Shown piece after piece: positions 30,945 to 41,456 of a stretch of DNA of 64,000 bases (positions within the stretch are counted from its first letter, which is position 1; each line of letters starts with the position of its first letter). This stretch comes from a bacterium (GTDB lineage: Bacteria; UBA8248; JACPRG01; G963555815): assembly GCA_965218795.1 (NCBI GenBank), contig OZ244653.1, forward strand, positions 3,776,001 to 3,840,000. Reading direction: 5' to 3'. The notes below the pieces were generated by a model. That model was not told where the DNA came from, ran no database searches, and saw only the letters and a list, made by a program, of their open reading frames with translations. The translations under genes were made by a program, and so were the position numbers.

Positions 30945-31229
30945 AACGTCTCACCTCTCGATGCTTTCGCCCGCTCCGCTCTATCTCTACCCTCCGACAC
31001 TTCAAAGTCAACCGGGGAGACCGTGCGGAGTAAGAAAGCCGGCTTTGCGCCGCGTTCTCTCGACGACCTTATGATACAATCTTCTGTCGCAGATTCATCC
31101 AACAGCTTGAATCCTGCCGGGATCTCGATGGGTCTTCGCAGAGGCCCCGTCCGGATCATCCTTTTTGCGGCGACCCTCATGTACGCCCCTCCTTGTTGAA
31201 GACAAGGGCGAAGTTGTCAGGCCAGGCTG

Positions 31230-32501
31230 ATGAGCGCTTCAAGCAACCCAACTCCGGTGACCGCGGAAATCATCGCTGTCGGAACTGAAATCCTCCTGGG
31301 CGATCTGGTGGATACGAACTCCGTCTATCTTGCGGAGCAACTCCGGGGAATCGGCGTTCACCTGCATCTGAATACGGCCGTGGGCGACAATCTACAGCGC
31401 CTGACCGCAGCTATCGCCGAAGCCCATGAACGCGCGAATATCGTAATCACGTCTGGCGGGTTGGGTCCGACGGTGGACGATCTCACCCGTGAAGCCGTCG
31501 CCGCGGTCGCGGGCGTTCCTCTCGTATACAGCCAGGAGTTGATGAACCAGATCGAGGCGATCTTCACCCAGCGGGGCTTCACCATGAGTCCCAATAACCG
31601 GAAGCAGGCGTACATTCCAGAGGGCGCCGTGCCCATAGAGAACCCGGTCGGAACAGCCCCTTGCTTCATCGTGAAGGATGATCGAAGCGTCATCATCGTC
31701 TTGCCGGGCGTTCCCCGCGAATTGAAATTCCTGGTGGAGTCACGGGTGTTGCCTTACCTGCGCCGCGAATTTTCGTTGGGAGATTTCATCCGGGTTCGGG
31801 TTCTCAAGACCTGCGCCCTCGGAGAGAGCCAGGTCGACCATCTGATTCACGACTTGTTCGAATCCTCCCGCAATCCCACGATCGCTGTGCTCGCCCATCC
31901 CGGTCAAGTCGATGTACGGCTGACGGCCAAGGGGAGTGACTCTGGCGAGGTCGCCGGGATGCTCGACGATTTGGAGGCGCAGATACGGCAGCGGGTCGGC
32001 GCAGCGCTGTATGGATATGGGAACGATACCGTGGAGGGCGTCGTCGGCCGGATGCTGCGGGAGCGAAACAAAACCCTCACCGTCCTGGAATCCAATACGG
32101 GCGGAGCCCTCGCCGCCCGGCTGAGCAGTGTCTCCGGGAGCGTCCAAACCATCAAGGGAGGGTGGGTCTCGATGTCGGCCGATTCCGTTTCATCCATCCT
32201 GGGGAGCCGATCCTCTCAAGAGATTTCGAGGCCGCGAGCGGCGGCGTTGGCGCAGAAGGTTCGGGAGCTTGCGAAAGCGGATATCGGGCTGGCGGTTCTC
32301 GGGCCAATCCCCGCCGGGGAGGAACTTGTCGCGACCACGGCAGAGGCCACCTACATGGCTTTGGCCGAAGCGTCCGGGCCCGTTGTCGAAACCCAGTGGA
32401 GCTTCGGGGGAGGCGGACGCTTTCTTCAGGATCGGGCGACCGTGATGGCCCTGGACGTTCTCAGGCGGCATCTCCTCGAAGTGGAACAGTTGCCCGGTTA
32501 A
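31230..32501 (+). CDS. cinA: CinA family protein (MoCF domain + divergent PncC domain)
   Basis: AVGTEILLG, GGLGPTVDDLT, LPGVPRE, ESNTGG. Confidence 0.9.
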   Translation: MSASSNPTPVTAEIIAVGTEILLGDLVDTNSVYLAEQLRGIGVHLHLNTAVGDNLQRLTAAIAEAHERANIVITSGGLGPTVDDLTREAVAAVAGVPLVYSQELMNQIEAIFTQRGFTMSPNNRKQAYIPEGAVPIENPVGTAPCFIVKDDRSVIIVLPGVPRELKFLVESRVLPYLRREFSLGDFIRVRVLKTCALGESQVDHLIHDLFESSRNPTIAVLAHPGQVDVRLTAKGSDSGEVAGMLDDLEAQIRQRVGAALYGYGNDTVEGVVGRMLRERNKTLTVLESNTGGALAARLSSVSGSVQTIKGGWVSMSADSVSSILGSRSSQEISRPRAAALAQKVRELAKADIGLAVLGPIPAGEELVATTAEATYMALAEASGPVVETQWSFGGGGRFLQDRATVMALDVLRRHLLEVEQLPG

Positions 32502-32599
32502 GGCCCGGTTAAGGGTGGAGAGGCCATTGAGGGACTGATCCCCGGTCCGGTATCCTCCTGAATTGTCAGTGATTTTGAACTTGATCGGCACCCGTCGAG

Positions 32600-34696
32600 T
32601 TGCTACGATTTGGTAGGGTATTCATTCGTCCGCACGATATTCTTATTCAACCGCGGCAGAAAGCCTGCGCATCGGGAATTCATGGGTTGTTTTTCTTGCG
32701 ACGCATCCAAGGTGAATTGAGACAAATTCGCCAAAGGGTGTTTCTCGGCCCGGCCTACAGGATGGCTTCCGAATTCGGGGGCATTCTTCTCTTCCTGGTC
32801 CTGGCCATTGGGGTCGGTGAATACTCGATGGAAAGGGTGGACCGCACCCGGCGCCTTCTGGCTGAGGGGGAGTTGCCACCCAGGCGGGCGGTCATGGTTC
32901 ACCCTCCCAAGCCCGTCCCTCTGGTCGTCGAATCCCTGCCGGTATCAAAACCCGACTCCTACCTGCGGACGCGCGCCGCACCGCGCTCATTCTCGGCAAA
33001 GCGCTCTCCGGTGGCCGCGTCCGATGTCGAGAGAAACGGCCCGGGGGCACATCAAAACCCACGGCCCGAGGTCAGGGCGAAGGCTGATCCCGGGCGGACG
33101 AAAGCCGAAACTCCACAAACAACCGTTCCGACTGCCAAGGATCCGAAACCCCGGCTGACTCAGCCCTTGCCCCAATCGGAACCGGTTGGGATTACAAAAT
33201 CGGCGTCCCCGAATCATTCATCCAATGAAATCCTGTCCCGAAAGACGGATGAGTCTCGAAATTCAGCGAAGGAGCCAGAGGTTGCGCCTCGGCTGAGTGG
33301 GACTCGGGTCGCGCCTTCGGCCCGGCCGAAATCAGGCCTCGCTCCATTGAACGGGAAACCGCCGACCGCACCCTCTAACGGACTGAAGGCGACCGCCGTC
33401 ATCAAGACCGGAAAGCCCGACCCCTCCGGCGACGGGAAGGTTGTGGCCGGGACCAGCGGGCCTGTCAACGGGGTATCGAAGGAACCCGCTTCGGAAAAGT
33501 CTGTGATGGTGGCTTCGCGCGCCAAGGTGTCCCAACACCCATCAATGGCAACACGAAGGAAAACGCGGGAATATTGGCCACGCGAAGGCCGTATGTTGGA
33601 GAATGGAGCCCGCCTCCCCCGCAGTGTGAATCCCGATCGCCTCCTGTCCGCGGTGGCCTCTTCGGTCCGAACGGTTGCACTGATGCGGAATGTCTGGGAG
33701 ACATTCCGTTTGAGCCGCTACGTCGTCGAGGATGAAGTGATCCGGTGGGATCCCCAGCGGGAGGTCGTGGAGTTCGAACCGCTCTTCGCCGCGCCCGGCT
33801 CCGAAGTTCCCAGGCGGCTCCGATCCGATGGCGGGATCCGCGCCGTCGCCACAATCCGGGGGCGGATTCAGGGTTCTCTCTACAAGTCCGTCCTCCGCGT
33901 CGGCGGCAATGCCGCTCTGGCCGTCTCGCTGGCGGACATCTTCAGCTGGGAAGTGGATTTCAGGTCCGACCTTCAGCCCGGAGACCGGTTTTGGATCGTC
34001 GCCGAGGGCAAGCTTCGGCCCGGTCACGAGCCTCGGTGGAAACGGGTTCTGGGCGTCATGATCGAGGCGGGGGGAAGGCCGCATCGAGCCATTGCGTTCC
34101 CCGATCGTCGCGGGCGGCTGGGTTACTACGATGAGGACGGCAAGCCCTTCCACAAGTTGTTCCTGGGGGCTCCCGTCAATTACACGCGAATCTCCTCGGG
34201 ATATTCCCACCGGCGGTTCCACCCGATCCTCAAAATTCACCGGCCTCATCGAGGGATCGATTTTGCGGCGCCGTTCGGGACACCCGTTCGGGCCGTGGCC
34301 AGCGGAGTTGTCGTTCGAGCGGCCTGGACGGGGCAGGGCGGAAAGACCGTTGAGCTCAGGCACCCGAGGCGATACGGTACGAAGTACCACCACCTTTCGC
34401 GTTACGCGAGAGGAGTCCGCCGGGGCAAGCACGTCGTCCGAGGTGACGTTATCGGTTACGTCGGCTCGACCGGACTTTCGACCGGACCTCATCTGGATTT
34501 CACAGTCCTCTATGGCGGGAGACCGGTCAATCCGTTGAAGCTGAAGCAAATTGCAGGCGTGCCGATTTCGAAGAAGAATTGGAAACGCTTCGCCCGCCTT
34601 CGGGAGGCCATCTTCGCTTACGTGCGCGGACCGGTTTGGAAGGTGGAAACCGACCGGGGCGTCAAGATTGTCGCGGCGACATCCGCTGGCCGTTGA
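32600..34696 (+). CDS. M23 peptidoglycan endopeptidase with long Pro/Ser/Lys-rich linker (start uncertain, possibly 32762)
   Basis: HRGID, YHHL, GSTGLSTGPHL; N-terminal TM segment. Confidence 0.88.
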   Translation: MLRFGRVFIRPHDILIQPRQKACASGIHGLFFLRRIQGELRQIRQRVFLGPAYRMASEFGGILLFLVLAIGVGEYSMERVDRTRRLLAEGELPPRRAVMVHPPKPVPLVVESLPVSKPDSYLRTRAAPRSFSAKRSPVAASDVERNGPGAHQNPRPEVRAKADPGRTKAETPQTTVPTAKDPKPRLTQPLPQSEPVGITKSASPNHSSNEILSRKTDESRNSAKEPEVAPRLSGTRVAPSARPKSGLAPLNGKPPTAPSNGLKATAVIKTGKPDPSGDGKVVAGTSGPVNGVSKEPASEKSVMVASRAKVSQHPSMATRRKTREYWPREGRMLENGARLPRSVNPDRLLSAVASSVRTVALMRNVWETFRLSRYVVEDEVIRWDPQREVVEFEPLFAAPGSEVPRRLRSDGGIRAVATIRGRIQGSLYKSVLRVGGNAALAVSLADIFSWEVDFRSDLQPGDRFWIVAEGKLRPGHEPRWKRVLGVMIEAGGRPHRAIAFPDRRGRLGYYDEDGKPFHKLFLGAPVNYTRISSGYSHRRFHPILKIHRPHRGIDFAAPFGTPVRAVASGVVVRAAWTGQGGKTVELRHPRRYGTKYHHLSRYARGVRRGKHVVRGDVIGYVGSTGLSTGPHLDFTVLYGGRPVNPLKLKQIAGVPISKKNWKRFARLREAIFAYVRGPVWKVETDRGVKIVAATSAGR

Positions 34697-35235
34697 GACC
34701 GCTGGTTCTGCCCCATGAGGGTCATCATCCCAAGATTCATCCAACTGCGTTCTTGGCTCCGGGCGCCGTTGTCACCGGCGACGTCGAGATCGGCGAATAT
34801 GCCGGAATCTGGTTCTATGCGGTGGTCCGCGGAGACGTCTCGAAGGTGACCATCGGCCGGAACACGAACGTTCAGGACGGGAGCGTCCTTCACGGTCAGT
34901 TGAACGAGTATGATGTTCGCGTGGGCGACAACGTGACCATCGGCCATCAGGCGATTGTTCATGGATGCGTTGTCGAGTATGATGTATTGATAGGGATGGG
35001 CGCGCGCGTGCTCAACGGCAGCGTGATCGGATGCGGCTCGATCGTTGCGGCCGGGGCGGTGGTTCTCGAGGGAACGAAAATTCCGGAAGGAAGTCTGGTG
35101 GCCGGAGTCCCCGCGAGCGTTCGCCGGGAATTGAGCCCGAATGATCGAGAAAAGATTCGAACGACGGCCGAGCATTATATTGAATATGCGGGATCCTACC
35201 GCGACCTGATCGAGAAGGTCCGGGCGGACCCCTGA
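34693..35235 (+). CDS. Gamma carbonic anhydrase family (YrdA-like)
   Basis: VVRGD, TNVQDGSVLH, IGH..VHGC hexapeptide repeats. Confidence 0.92.
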   Translation: MRPLVLPHEGHHPKIHPTAFLAPGAVVTGDVEIGEYAGIWFYAVVRGDVSKVTIGRNTNVQDGSVLHGQLNEYDVRVGDNVTIGHQAIVHGCVVEYDVLIGMGARVLNGSVIGCGSIVAAGAVVLEGTKIPEGSLVAGVPASVRRELSPNDREKIRTTAEHYIEYAGSYRDLIEKVRADP

Positions 35236-35353
35236 ACCCCGGGTTGCGCCGTCTTTCTCGACTTTAGGTTCTTATACGGCGAATCGCTCTGTCTCATCAG
35301 GGTTCGGAAGACTTTCCAGGGTTTCCGGGCCCCATCTCAAGCAGAGGCCTCTC

Positions 35354-36025
35354 ATGCGCTCAATCGCCCAGTTGTTTGGAAAATCGCCCTTCGGGCCCCT
35401 CCATGAACACATGAAGAAATCCAAAGAGTGCGTGGACCTGGTCACCCCCCTGTTGGAAGCCGTGATCAAGAGGGATCCCGATGAGATCCAAAGAATCACG
35501 GAACGGGTATCCAAAGTCGAACATCAGGCCGACGTTATCAAGAATGAGATCCGGGACCAACTCCCGCGCACCCTGTTTATGCCGGTGAGCCGGAGCGATT
35601 TTTTCTCCGTGCTGTCCCAGATGGATTCCATTCCGGATTCGGTTGAGGATCTCTGTGTTCTGCTCAGCCTTCGCCGGATGACGCTCCCGGAGGACCTGGA
35701 GCAGGATTTGCGTGATTTTCTGAGTCAGAGCCTGGCCGTCTTCTATCGGACCTACGACGTGGTGGAAGAGGTGGAAGGCCTTCTGGGCACGGCGTTCGGG
35801 GGACCCGACGCCGAAGCCATACACAACCAGATTAACGAGATCGGTCAGTTGGAGTGGGCGGCAGACAAGTCCCAGTTCGTCCTCGTCAAGCATATGTACG
35901 ACATTGAAGATCGAATGGATCCTGTATCGATCTACCAATGGTCAAAGATTTTCCAAAAGATCGGCGACCTCGCGAATTTTTCCGAAAAAACCGCCGATCG
36001 CCTTCGGGCGCTCCTTTCAAAGTAG
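35354..36025 (+). CDS. TIGR00153/DUF47 PhoU-like phosphate transport regulator
   Basis: LFGKSPF.PL..HM, EHQAD, FMPVSR; immediately upstream of pit. Confidence 0.9.
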   Translation: MRSIAQLFGKSPFGPLHEHMKKSKECVDLVTPLLEAVIKRDPDEIQRITERVSKVEHQADVIKNEIRDQLPRTLFMPVSRSDFFSVLSQMDSIPDSVEDLCVLLSLRRMTLPEDLEQDLRDFLSQSLAVFYRTYDVVEEVEGLLGTAFGGPDAEAIHNQINEIGQLEWAADKSQFVLVKHMYDIEDRMDPVSIYQWSKIFQKIGDLANFSEKTADRLRALLSK

Positions 36026-36055
36026 ACAGCGGCTGGGAAGAGGATATCCATTACT

Positions 36056-37291
36056 GTGGAGTATTCCGTTTTCATTCTGCCGGTCGCAATCATCGTCGGT
36101 CTCTACATGGCCTGGAACATCGGCGCCAACGATGTGGCCAACGCCATGGGCACGTCCGTGGGTACCGGTGCCATTACGCTCGGACAGGCCGTTTTCATAG
36201 CGGCCATTTTTGAGTTTGCAGGCGCGTTTTTAGTCGGGTCCAGTGTGACCAATACCATTCGGAAGGGAATCCTGGACGCTGGGCCGTTTCTCAAGGAGCC
36301 GGAGACCCTGGTCCGGGGAATGTTCTCGGCTCTGATCGGCGCCGCTGTCTGGCTTCATATCGCAACGTTTCTGGGACTCCCGGTCTCCACTACCCACTCG
36401 ATTATCGGGGCGATCATCGGGTTCGGTCTTGTGAAAGGCGGACTGAGCGCGATCAAATTCGGCGTATTGGGCGGCGTGGTGGCGAGCTGGTTTATCTCTC
36501 CCTTCATAGGTGGGTTGATCGCCTTCGCCATGTTCTCGTACATCCGGCGGAGAATCCTTGCCTCGGAGGACGTCAAACGATCCATCCTGGCCAATACCCC
36601 CTACATCGTCGGCCTGGTCGTTTTCCTGTTGACCCTGTCCATCATCTACAAAGGCTTGAAAAACCTGAAGATCGATCTGGGGGTATGGAGCGCGCTGGGG
36701 ACCGCCCTGCTGGCCGCAATCCTGATCGGCTCGATCTGTGGTTATATCGTCCGTAAACACGTGATCGGCGACCTCAGGGGTGTCGAGTCGGCCGAACGGG
36801 TCTTCCGATGGCTGCAAGTCATCACGGCCGCCTATGTGGCCTTCGCCCATGGAGCCAACGATGTAGCCAATGCCATCGGCCCGCTCGCCGTGGTTGTGGC
36901 CGGAATCAAGGGGGCGGTGATTTCCCTCAAAGTACCCGTCCCCTTGTGGCTCCTGTTCCTGGGGGGGGGCGGTATCGCTTTGGGTGTCGCGACTTACGGC
37001 TGGAAGGTGATTGCGACCATCGGAGAAAGGATTACGCACATGACGCCCTCGAGCGGGTTTTCGGCCGTGTTCGGGGCGGCCACCGCCGTCTTGGTTTTTT
37101 CCAAGCTGGGTATGCCCATCTCCACCACGCATACCCTTGTTGGGTCCGTCGTCGGTGTGGGGCTGGCGCGCGGCATGTCCGCCCTGAATCTGCGAATGGT
37201 TTGGACGATCCTACAGTCCTGGGTGGCCACTATCCCCATCGCCGCCGGGATCACCATTCTTGTGGAGTTTCTGCTCCGATGGGTTCTCTGA
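36056..37291 (+). CDS. pit: PiT family inorganic phosphate transporter
   Basis: GANDVANA twice; PVSTTH and PISTTH. Confidence 0.95.
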   Translation: MEYSVFILPVAIIVGLYMAWNIGANDVANAMGTSVGTGAITLGQAVFIAAIFEFAGAFLVGSSVTNTIRKGILDAGPFLKEPETLVRGMFSALIGAAVWLHIATFLGLPVSTTHSIIGAIIGFGLVKGGLSAIKFGVLGGVVASWFISPFIGGLIAFAMFSYIRRRILASEDVKRSILANTPYIVGLVVFLLTLSIIYKGLKNLKIDLGVWSALGTALLAAILIGSICGYIVRKHVIGDLRGVESAERVFRWLQVITAAYVAFAHGANDVANAIGPLAVVVAGIKGAVISLKVPVPLWLLFLGGGGIALGVATYGWKVIATIGERITHMTPSSGFSAVFGAATAVLVFSKLGMPISTTHTLVGSVVGVGLARGMSALNLRMVWTILQSWVATIPIAAGITILVEFLLRWVL

Positions 37292-38277
37292 GCCAAGGGC
37301 CTACACGCGCGGCGGTCATTGATTTGGGAAGCATGGCCGTCCGCCTTCACATCGCTGAGGGTTTCGAGAAGGAGAGTTCCGCTCCCTTTCGGTCCCTTCA
37401 TGTAGATCGCAGGATCTCGCGTCTGGCGGAAAACCTGGGCCCCGGCGAGGAGTTGAGTCCGGCGGCAATGGAGAAGACGCTGGATCTTCTGCACGAGTTC
37501 CAGTCTGACATTCGGCGTTTCCAGGTCGCTCCTCCTTGGGTGCGGATCGTTTGCACGGAGGCGTTGCGTAAAGCAGTGAACGGAACCGCATTTGCCGGGA
37601 GGATTGAGGCGGAAACGGGATTTCACACCGTGATTCTGTCAGCGGACGAGGAGGCGCGGTGGACCGCCCTCGGGGTCCTTCTCGCCGCGCCTCCTTCGCC
37701 CGGCCCTGTCCTGATTGTGGACCCCGGCGGCGGTAGCACGGAATTCATCTGGGTGCGGGACGCCGGGAGCATGGATGACCGTGTAGAGCTCCGATGCGCG
37801 AGCGAGCCCATGGGAGTTTTGGAATTGACGCATCGTTTCGCGCTGGGCGCCCCCGCCGACCCCGAAGCGCTGTTGCAGCTGGAGACCCACATTCAAACCC
37901 GTCTGACTGCTGTCTTGGGCCGGGTATTGAACACCCGGTCCCAAGTGTCCTCCTTGCTGGTGACGGGCGGAACGGCGCTCAACCTGGCGGCGATTCATCG
38001 CCAAGTGATGCCGAAGAAGGAGGCGCATGCGCTCTTCCAGACGACCGTTTCACGGGAAGCATTGGAGATCCTCTACCGAAGGCTCGCTTCCTCTTCTATT
38101 GATGAAAGAGCGGGTGAGACCTTTCTTGAGCCGGGCCGGGAGGACGTCATCGTGCCGGGCCTTGCTATCCTCAGGGCTTTGTTGGCGGCGCTCGGGGCGA
38201 GTTCGGTCACGCTGACCCATTCGAGCCTCCGCGAAGGCATACTGGGCGACCTTCTCAAGGGAACCGCGATGGTCTGA
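37279..38277 (+). CDS. ppx: Ppx/GppA family phosphatase
   Basis: IDLGS, EEAR, DPGGGSTE, LREG. Confidence 0.88.
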   Translation: MGSLSQGPTRAAVIDLGSMAVRLHIAEGFEKESSAPFRSLHVDRRISRLAENLGPGEELSPAAMEKTLDLLHEFQSDIRRFQVAPPWVRIVCTEALRKAVNGTAFAGRIEAETGFHTVILSADEEARWTALGVLLAAPPSPGPVLIVDPGGGSTEFIWVRDAGSMDDRVELRCASEPMGVLELTHRFALGAPADPEALLQLETHIQTRLTAVLGRVLNTRSQVSSLLVTGGTALNLAAIHRQVMPKKEAHALFQTTVSREALEILYRRLASSSIDERAGETFLEPGREDVIVPGLAILRALLAALGASSVTLTHSSLREGILGDLLKGTAMV

Positions 38278-38389
38278 AAGCCGCCCTTGCATTTGGTCTT
38301 CGTTTGGGAGGAAATTCTCATATATTTATTGAGAACAAATAGAGAGACCGAGTCATCAAGAGGATTCTTCCGGCATCGGGGACCCCGCC

Positions 38390-38419
38390 TTGACAAGGCC
38401 CCCATCCCGTTCGTATATA
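38390..38419 (+). promoter_or_regulatory. Candidate sigma70 promoter of the yceD-rpmF-plsX-fab operon
   Basis: TTGACA-N18-TATATA. Confidence 0.45.
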
Positions 38420-38508
38420 CCGGGCGGTTTTTGAGTGGTCGCTGGGGTCGAAAAGCTGTACACTGATACGGGCCGGAAGGTCTCTCAGACGGAAGGGAGA
38501 AGAGAGGC

Positions 38509-39066
38509 ATGGCCGGGTCTCGATGGAACGTCGGAGTTGACCAGATCCCCGAAGACGGGCTGGATCTTCATCTTTCCGAGCTGTCTTCCTTCTTTGATTT
38601 CAATCAGGAGGATGTTTCCTGGCGGGAACCCATTGAGTGGTCCGGCACAATCCAGCGCTTTGGCGCGGATATTTATTGCCGGGGAGCGTCGCGCGCGGAG
38701 ATTGCCCTGCCGTGTTCCAGATGCCTGAAGGATGTGGCGCTTGCTCTGGAGGTCGGCGCGACGTTTTCTTTCATTCCCGCCCGGTCGGCGGGGGGAGAGG
38801 GGAACGAGGAGGTAGAGGCGGCCTCGGAAGAGCCTGACATGTACCTGTACGATGGCGGAGAGGTCGCCCTCCGAGAACCGGTCAGGGATTCCCTGATCAT
38901 GGCCGTTCCGTTGCAGCCGTTTTGTCGTGAAGATTGTCAAGGGCTATGTTCGAGATGCGGGGCCGATCTCAATGACGGGCCCTGCGGATGTGCGCCGGAG
39001 GCCGTGGATCCTCGATGGGGGGCCTTGGCCCGCCTGCGTGGCCCATTGTCAACGGAGAAGGGTTAG
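38509..39066 (+). CDS. yceD: YceD/DUF177 protein
   Basis: CSRCL, C...CQGLCSRCG, DPRW; upstream of rpmF. Confidence 0.93.
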   Translation: MAGSRWNVGVDQIPEDGLDLHLSELSSFFDFNQEDVSWREPIEWSGTIQRFGADIYCRGASRAEIALPCSRCLKDVALALEVGATFSFIPARSAGGEGNEEVEAASEEPDMYLYDGGEVALREPVRDSLIMAVPLQPFCREDCQGLCSRCGADLNDGPCGCAPEAVDPRWGALARLRGPLSTEKG

Positions 39067-39069
39067 GTT

Positions 39070-39252
39070 ATGCCACTGCCGAAACGAAAATTATCCCGCG
39101 CTCGGCGGGATAAGCGGCGCAATCAGAATAAGCTGGCGGCCCCGACTGTGTCCGTTTGTCCTCAGTGCGGGGAAGTCAAGTTGCCTCACCGCGTTTGTCC
39201 TCATTGCGGCTACTACAAAGGCAGCGAGGTCATTTCTCCCAAAGAGAGTTGA
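39070..39252 (+). CDS. rpmF: 50S ribosomal protein L32
   Basis: PKRKLS, CPQCG, HRVCPHCGYY. Confidence 0.97.
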   Translation: MPLPKRKLSRARRDKRRNQNKLAAPTVSVCPQCGEVKLPHRVCPHCGYYKGSEVISPKES

Positions 39253-39267
39253 TTGGGGGAAAGCAAG

Positions 39268-40347
39268 ATGAAGATCGCCGTGGATGCAATGGGCGGGGAC
39301 AATGCCCCCGTCGCGGTGATTGAGGGAGCGGTTCAGGCCTGCCGGGCGTTCGGTATCGAGGTGATCCTGACAGGCCGCGAAGAATTGATCCGGCCGGTGC
39401 TCAATCGGCTCGGTTCCAGTGATTTGTCCATCACCATCCGACATGCCTCCCAGGTCGTGGAGATGGATGATTCACCGACGGAGGCCCTGAAGAAGAAGCC
39501 CGACTCATCCATGCGCCGGGCCATCGAGGAGCTCAAGGATGGGGCCGCGGACGCGGCGGTGAGTGCGGGAAATACCGGGGCGCTCCTCGCGAAGAGCTTG
39601 GTGGTCCTTCGAAACATCAAAGGCATTGATCGGCCCGCCATTACCGCGCTGATTCCCAATGCGAAGGGTTTCTGCATCATGATGGATGTAGGGGCCAACG
39701 TCGATTGCAAGCCGCAGCATCTCCTCCAGTTCGGTATCATGGGCAACGCCTTCGGCAAGACGGTCCTGAAGATTGACAGCCCGACCGTTGGCCTCCTCAA
39801 TATCGGAACCGAAAAAACAAAGGGGAACAAGGTCACCAAAACGGCCTTTGCCATGATGGAGCAAAGCTCTTTAAACTTCATTGGAAATGTTGAAGGAACC
39901 GACGTATTCCGCGGTGTCGCCGACGTGGTGGTCTGTGACGGGTTTGCGGGAAATGTCGCCCTCAAGATTACAGAAGGCGTGGCGGAGGTATTTGCCGATG
40001 CCTTTCGAAAAGAGAAGGAAGGCTCGATTCGCAGCAAGCTCGGCATGTTGCTGGTCCAGAACGGCTTGCGCTCCCTGTACAGTCGATTGGATTATACTGA
40101 GTATGGAGGAGCGCCGCTCTTGGGCATCGACGGCATCTGCATAAAGGCCCACGGCTCCTCGAACGCGAAGGCGCTCAAGAATGCCATCCGAGCCGCGATG
40201 CAGGCCCAGGAGGGAGACCTGGTCGGTCGGATTCGGGAGGAGATCTCCCAAAACGTAGAAATCGAAGCAGCCGAAGGGGTCGGCTTCCGTATCTGGAAGC
40301 AGTTGCGCGACACCATCCATCTCCATGACGATACGCCCGGTCGTTGA
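39268..40347 (+). CDS. plsX: Phosphate acyltransferase
   Basis: AVDAMGGD, SAGNTGA, DVGAN, YGGAPLLG. Confidence 0.97.
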   Translation: MKIAVDAMGGDNAPVAVIEGAVQACRAFGIEVILTGREELIRPVLNRLGSSDLSITIRHASQVVEMDDSPTEALKKKPDSSMRRAIEELKDGAADAAVSAGNTGALLAKSLVVLRNIKGIDRPAITALIPNAKGFCIMMDVGANVDCKPQHLLQFGIMGNAFGKTVLKIDSPTVGLLNIGTEKTKGNKVTKTAFAMMEQSSLNFIGNVEGTDVFRGVADVVVCDGFAGNVALKITEGVAEVFADAFRKEKEGSIRSKLGMLLVQNGLRSLYSRLDYTEYGGAPLLGIDGICIKAHGSSNAKALKNAIRAAMQAQEGDLVGRIREEISQNVEIEAAEGVGFRIWKQLRDTIHLHDDTPGR

Positions 40348-40411
40348 TTGCCACCCGATTTGCGTGAGCTGCATGATCCCCACGCCGGAATGAAGCTGAA
40401 AGGAAAACCAC

Positions 40412-41395
40412 TTGAAACGTTCGATGATCATTGGAACGGGTTCCTATGTCCCGGAGGATGTCATCACCAACCAGGATTTGGAGCGTTTGGTGGATACTTC
40501 CGATGATTGGATCAAGACCCGGACCGGTATCTCTGAAAGACGCCGGGCCGCGCCGGGGATGGCGGCTTCCGATCTGGCAGTCCGGGCCTCCCGTCCGGCG
40601 CTGGAGGCGGCGGGAATCGATCCCGAAGAGCTGGACATGGTTATCGCCGCCACCATTACCCCCGATACCACGTGTCCGTCCGCCGCCTGCTGGGTCCAGA
40701 ACCGACTGGGCGCGAAATGCGCCTTCGCATTCGATGTGAACGCCGCCTGCTCGGGATTCGTGTACGGTCTCGCCGTGGCCGATCAATTTATTCGGTCCGG
40801 TATGGTCCAGCGGATCTTGTTCGTCGGCGTTGAAATCATGACCCGGGTCGTCAACTGGGAAGACCGTTCGACCTGTGTGCTCTGGGGGGACGGCGCGGGC
40901 GCGGTGGTCCTGGCCCCGACGGAGAACGGCCGGGGGATCTTGTCCAGTCATTTATACGCGGACGGCATGAACGGTGAAACGCTCACCGTCGGAGGCGGAG
41001 GTTCAAGGATTGCGCCCATCACCCATGAAACCGTGGACCAGGACCTTCATACCCTGAAGATGAACGGTCAGGAAACCTTTCGCTTTGCCGTGCGGGCCTT
41101 CTCCGACGTCTGTATCGAAGCGCTGGAGCACAATCATTTGTCCGCTGATGATGTCGATCTGTTCATCCCCCATCAGGCCAACATCCGAATCATCGATGCG
41201 GCGACCAAACGACTGAAGCTGCCCACGGAAAAGGTCATGGTCACGATTCACAAGTATGGCAACACATCCTCCGCCAGCATCCCCGTGGCATTGGATGAGG
41301 CGGTTCGGGACGGACGCGTACACGAAGGGGACATGCTCTTATTGGCCGCATTCGGCGGCGGATTGACCTGGGGCGCCAACGTCCTCATCCTTTGA
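40412..41395 (+). CDS. fabH: 3-oxoacyl-ACP synthase III
   Basis: AACSGF, HQAN, GNTSSAS. Confidence 0.97.
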   Translation: MKRSMIIGTGSYVPEDVITNQDLERLVDTSDDWIKTRTGISERRRAAPGMAASDLAVRASRPALEAAGIDPEELDMVIAATITPDTTCPSAACWVQNRLGAKCAFAFDVNAACSGFVYGLAVADQFIRSGMVQRILFVGVEIMTRVVNWEDRSTCVLWGDGAGAVVLAPTENGRGILSSHLYADGMNGETLTVGGGGSRIAPITHETVDQDLHTLKMNGQETFRFAVRAFSDVCIEALEHNHLSADDVDLFIPHQANIRIIDAATKRLKLPTEKVMVTIHKYGNTSSASIPVALDEAVRDGRVHEGDMLLLAAFGGGLTWGANVLIL

Positions 41396-41456
41396 GCCTC
41401 CGGGTGGAGGCCCGTAGGATTTTTGAAGTCTCGCCCCAAATGGGAAGAATGGCTCG

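Noticed and set aside
36808-37278. Long N-terminal extension of Ppx (likewise DivIVA 56770-57285 and CoxD 10839-11108)
   Set aside because: Extensions overlap other genes or intergenic DNA; family similarity starts at the downstream starts used here.
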